DNA from: a virus
Lineage: Duplodnaviria > Caudoviricetes
Length of the DNA stretch: 25,653 nucleotides
Reading direction: 5' to 3' (one strand)
IMG/VR virus record: IMGVR_UViG_3300020335_000025
Coordinates: 1-25,653 of that record
In this document: one piece after another, positions 25,179-25,653 of the stretch
Layout of the letters: the number at the start of each line of letters is the position of its first letter
How positions within the stretch are numbered: position 1 is the stretch's first letter
The notes under the pieces: model-generated
What the model saw: the letters and a program-made list of their open reading frames with translations, nothing else
Told to the model about the DNA's origin: nothing
The model's database searches: none
Program-made: the position numbers and the translations under genes

Positions 25179-25653
25179 ATGGCAATTACAGTAGCTTCAA
25201 ACTTTGCAGGTAAGGCAGCAGGATTCTACATCTCAGCAGCTTTAAAACAATCAAACTCGTTAGACTATCTAACAATGATAGAGAACATTAAATTTAAGAG
25301 TAATGTACAGGCTCTTAATCAAACAGTAAACAGCGTTGTAGACGCAACTTGCGACTTTACAGCAGCAGGTACTTTAGCTTTAACTGAAAAAGTATTAGAG
25401 CCTAAAAACTTACAAGTAAATATGGATATTTGTAAAGAAACGCTTTTGAGCAGCTTTGAAAGTTTACAAATGAGAGCTGGAGCAGGTGCACCTCCTTCAG
25501 TAGCTTTTGAAGACTATGTTATCTCTTATATGGGAGAAATTATAGCACAAGCAACTGAAAATTCTATTTGGGCAGGTACTAATGTAGCTGGACAATTTAA
25601 TGGATTCTTAGGAGCAGGAACAGGACTTTTATTACCTGGTGTTGATGCAACAG
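25179..25653 (+). CDS. Major capsid protein (3'-truncated; MAITVASNFAGKAAGFYISAAL...)
   Basis: Open to the window end. FAG..AG.YISAAL, DATCDFT..GT..LTEKVLEP..LQVN...CK, E..IW.G are patterns of Bacteroidota phage capsids. Absent from the track because it has no stop in the window. Confidence 0.8.
   Translation, partial: MAITVASNFAGKAAGFYISAALKQSNSLDYLTMIENIKFKSNVQALNQTVNSVVDATCDFTAAGTLALTEKVLEPKNLQVNMDICKETLLSSFESLQMRAGAGAPPSVAFEDYVISYMGEIIAQATENSIWAGTNVAGQFNGFLGAGTGLLLPGVDAT

Noticed and set aside
1-25653. CRISPR array, diversity-generating retroelement, integrase/att site, intron or intein, stop-codon reassignment
   Set aside because: No repeat-spacer array, reverse transcriptase, recombinase or homing endonuclease insertion was seen. 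Genes are full length under code 11, with TAA, TAG and TGA all used as stops.

Overview
This window is most of the genome of an AT-rich tailed phage, probably a siphovirus of Bacteroidota/Flavobacteriia. The host inference rests on a DUF3127 SSB, TAnnTTTG promoter elements and A-rich leaders without Shine-Dalgarno sites. All credible genes are on the + strand and many are translationally coupled (TAATG/ATGA overlaps). Order: end of a LamG-like tail fibre/receptor-binding gene, portal with C-terminal extensions, head-tail adaptor, lysis cassette, metallophosphoesterase, a non-coding control region (~5582-5755), early replication/recombination genes (putative annealase, SSB, DnaA-domain-IV-like protein, replisome organizer, NinG), a phage sigma factor, nin-like accessory genes (DUF3310, C5 methyltransferase, NinB), TerS/TerL, tail module, tape measure, XkdF-like prohead protease, scaffold and the start of the major capsid gene. 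Signals the ORF track misses: (1) four copies of a bipartite promoter-like motif YAAAY-N14/15-TCTATTATATA before late genes, a candidate regulon for the phage sigma factor; (2) a T10 -1 frameshift site giving a G/GT-type tail chaperone; (3) terminase and endolysin genes apparently starting at CTG, the latter behind an A10 run that could fuse it to a membrane anchor; (4) 12-bp-periodic DnaA-box-like repeats at the early promoter; (5) apparent avoidance of GATC and CATG; (6) a GC-rich hairpin that is not a terminator; (7) several unannotated micro-ORFs. No integrase, DNA polymerase, tRNA or CRISPR array was seen. Family assignments come from motif recognition, not database searches.
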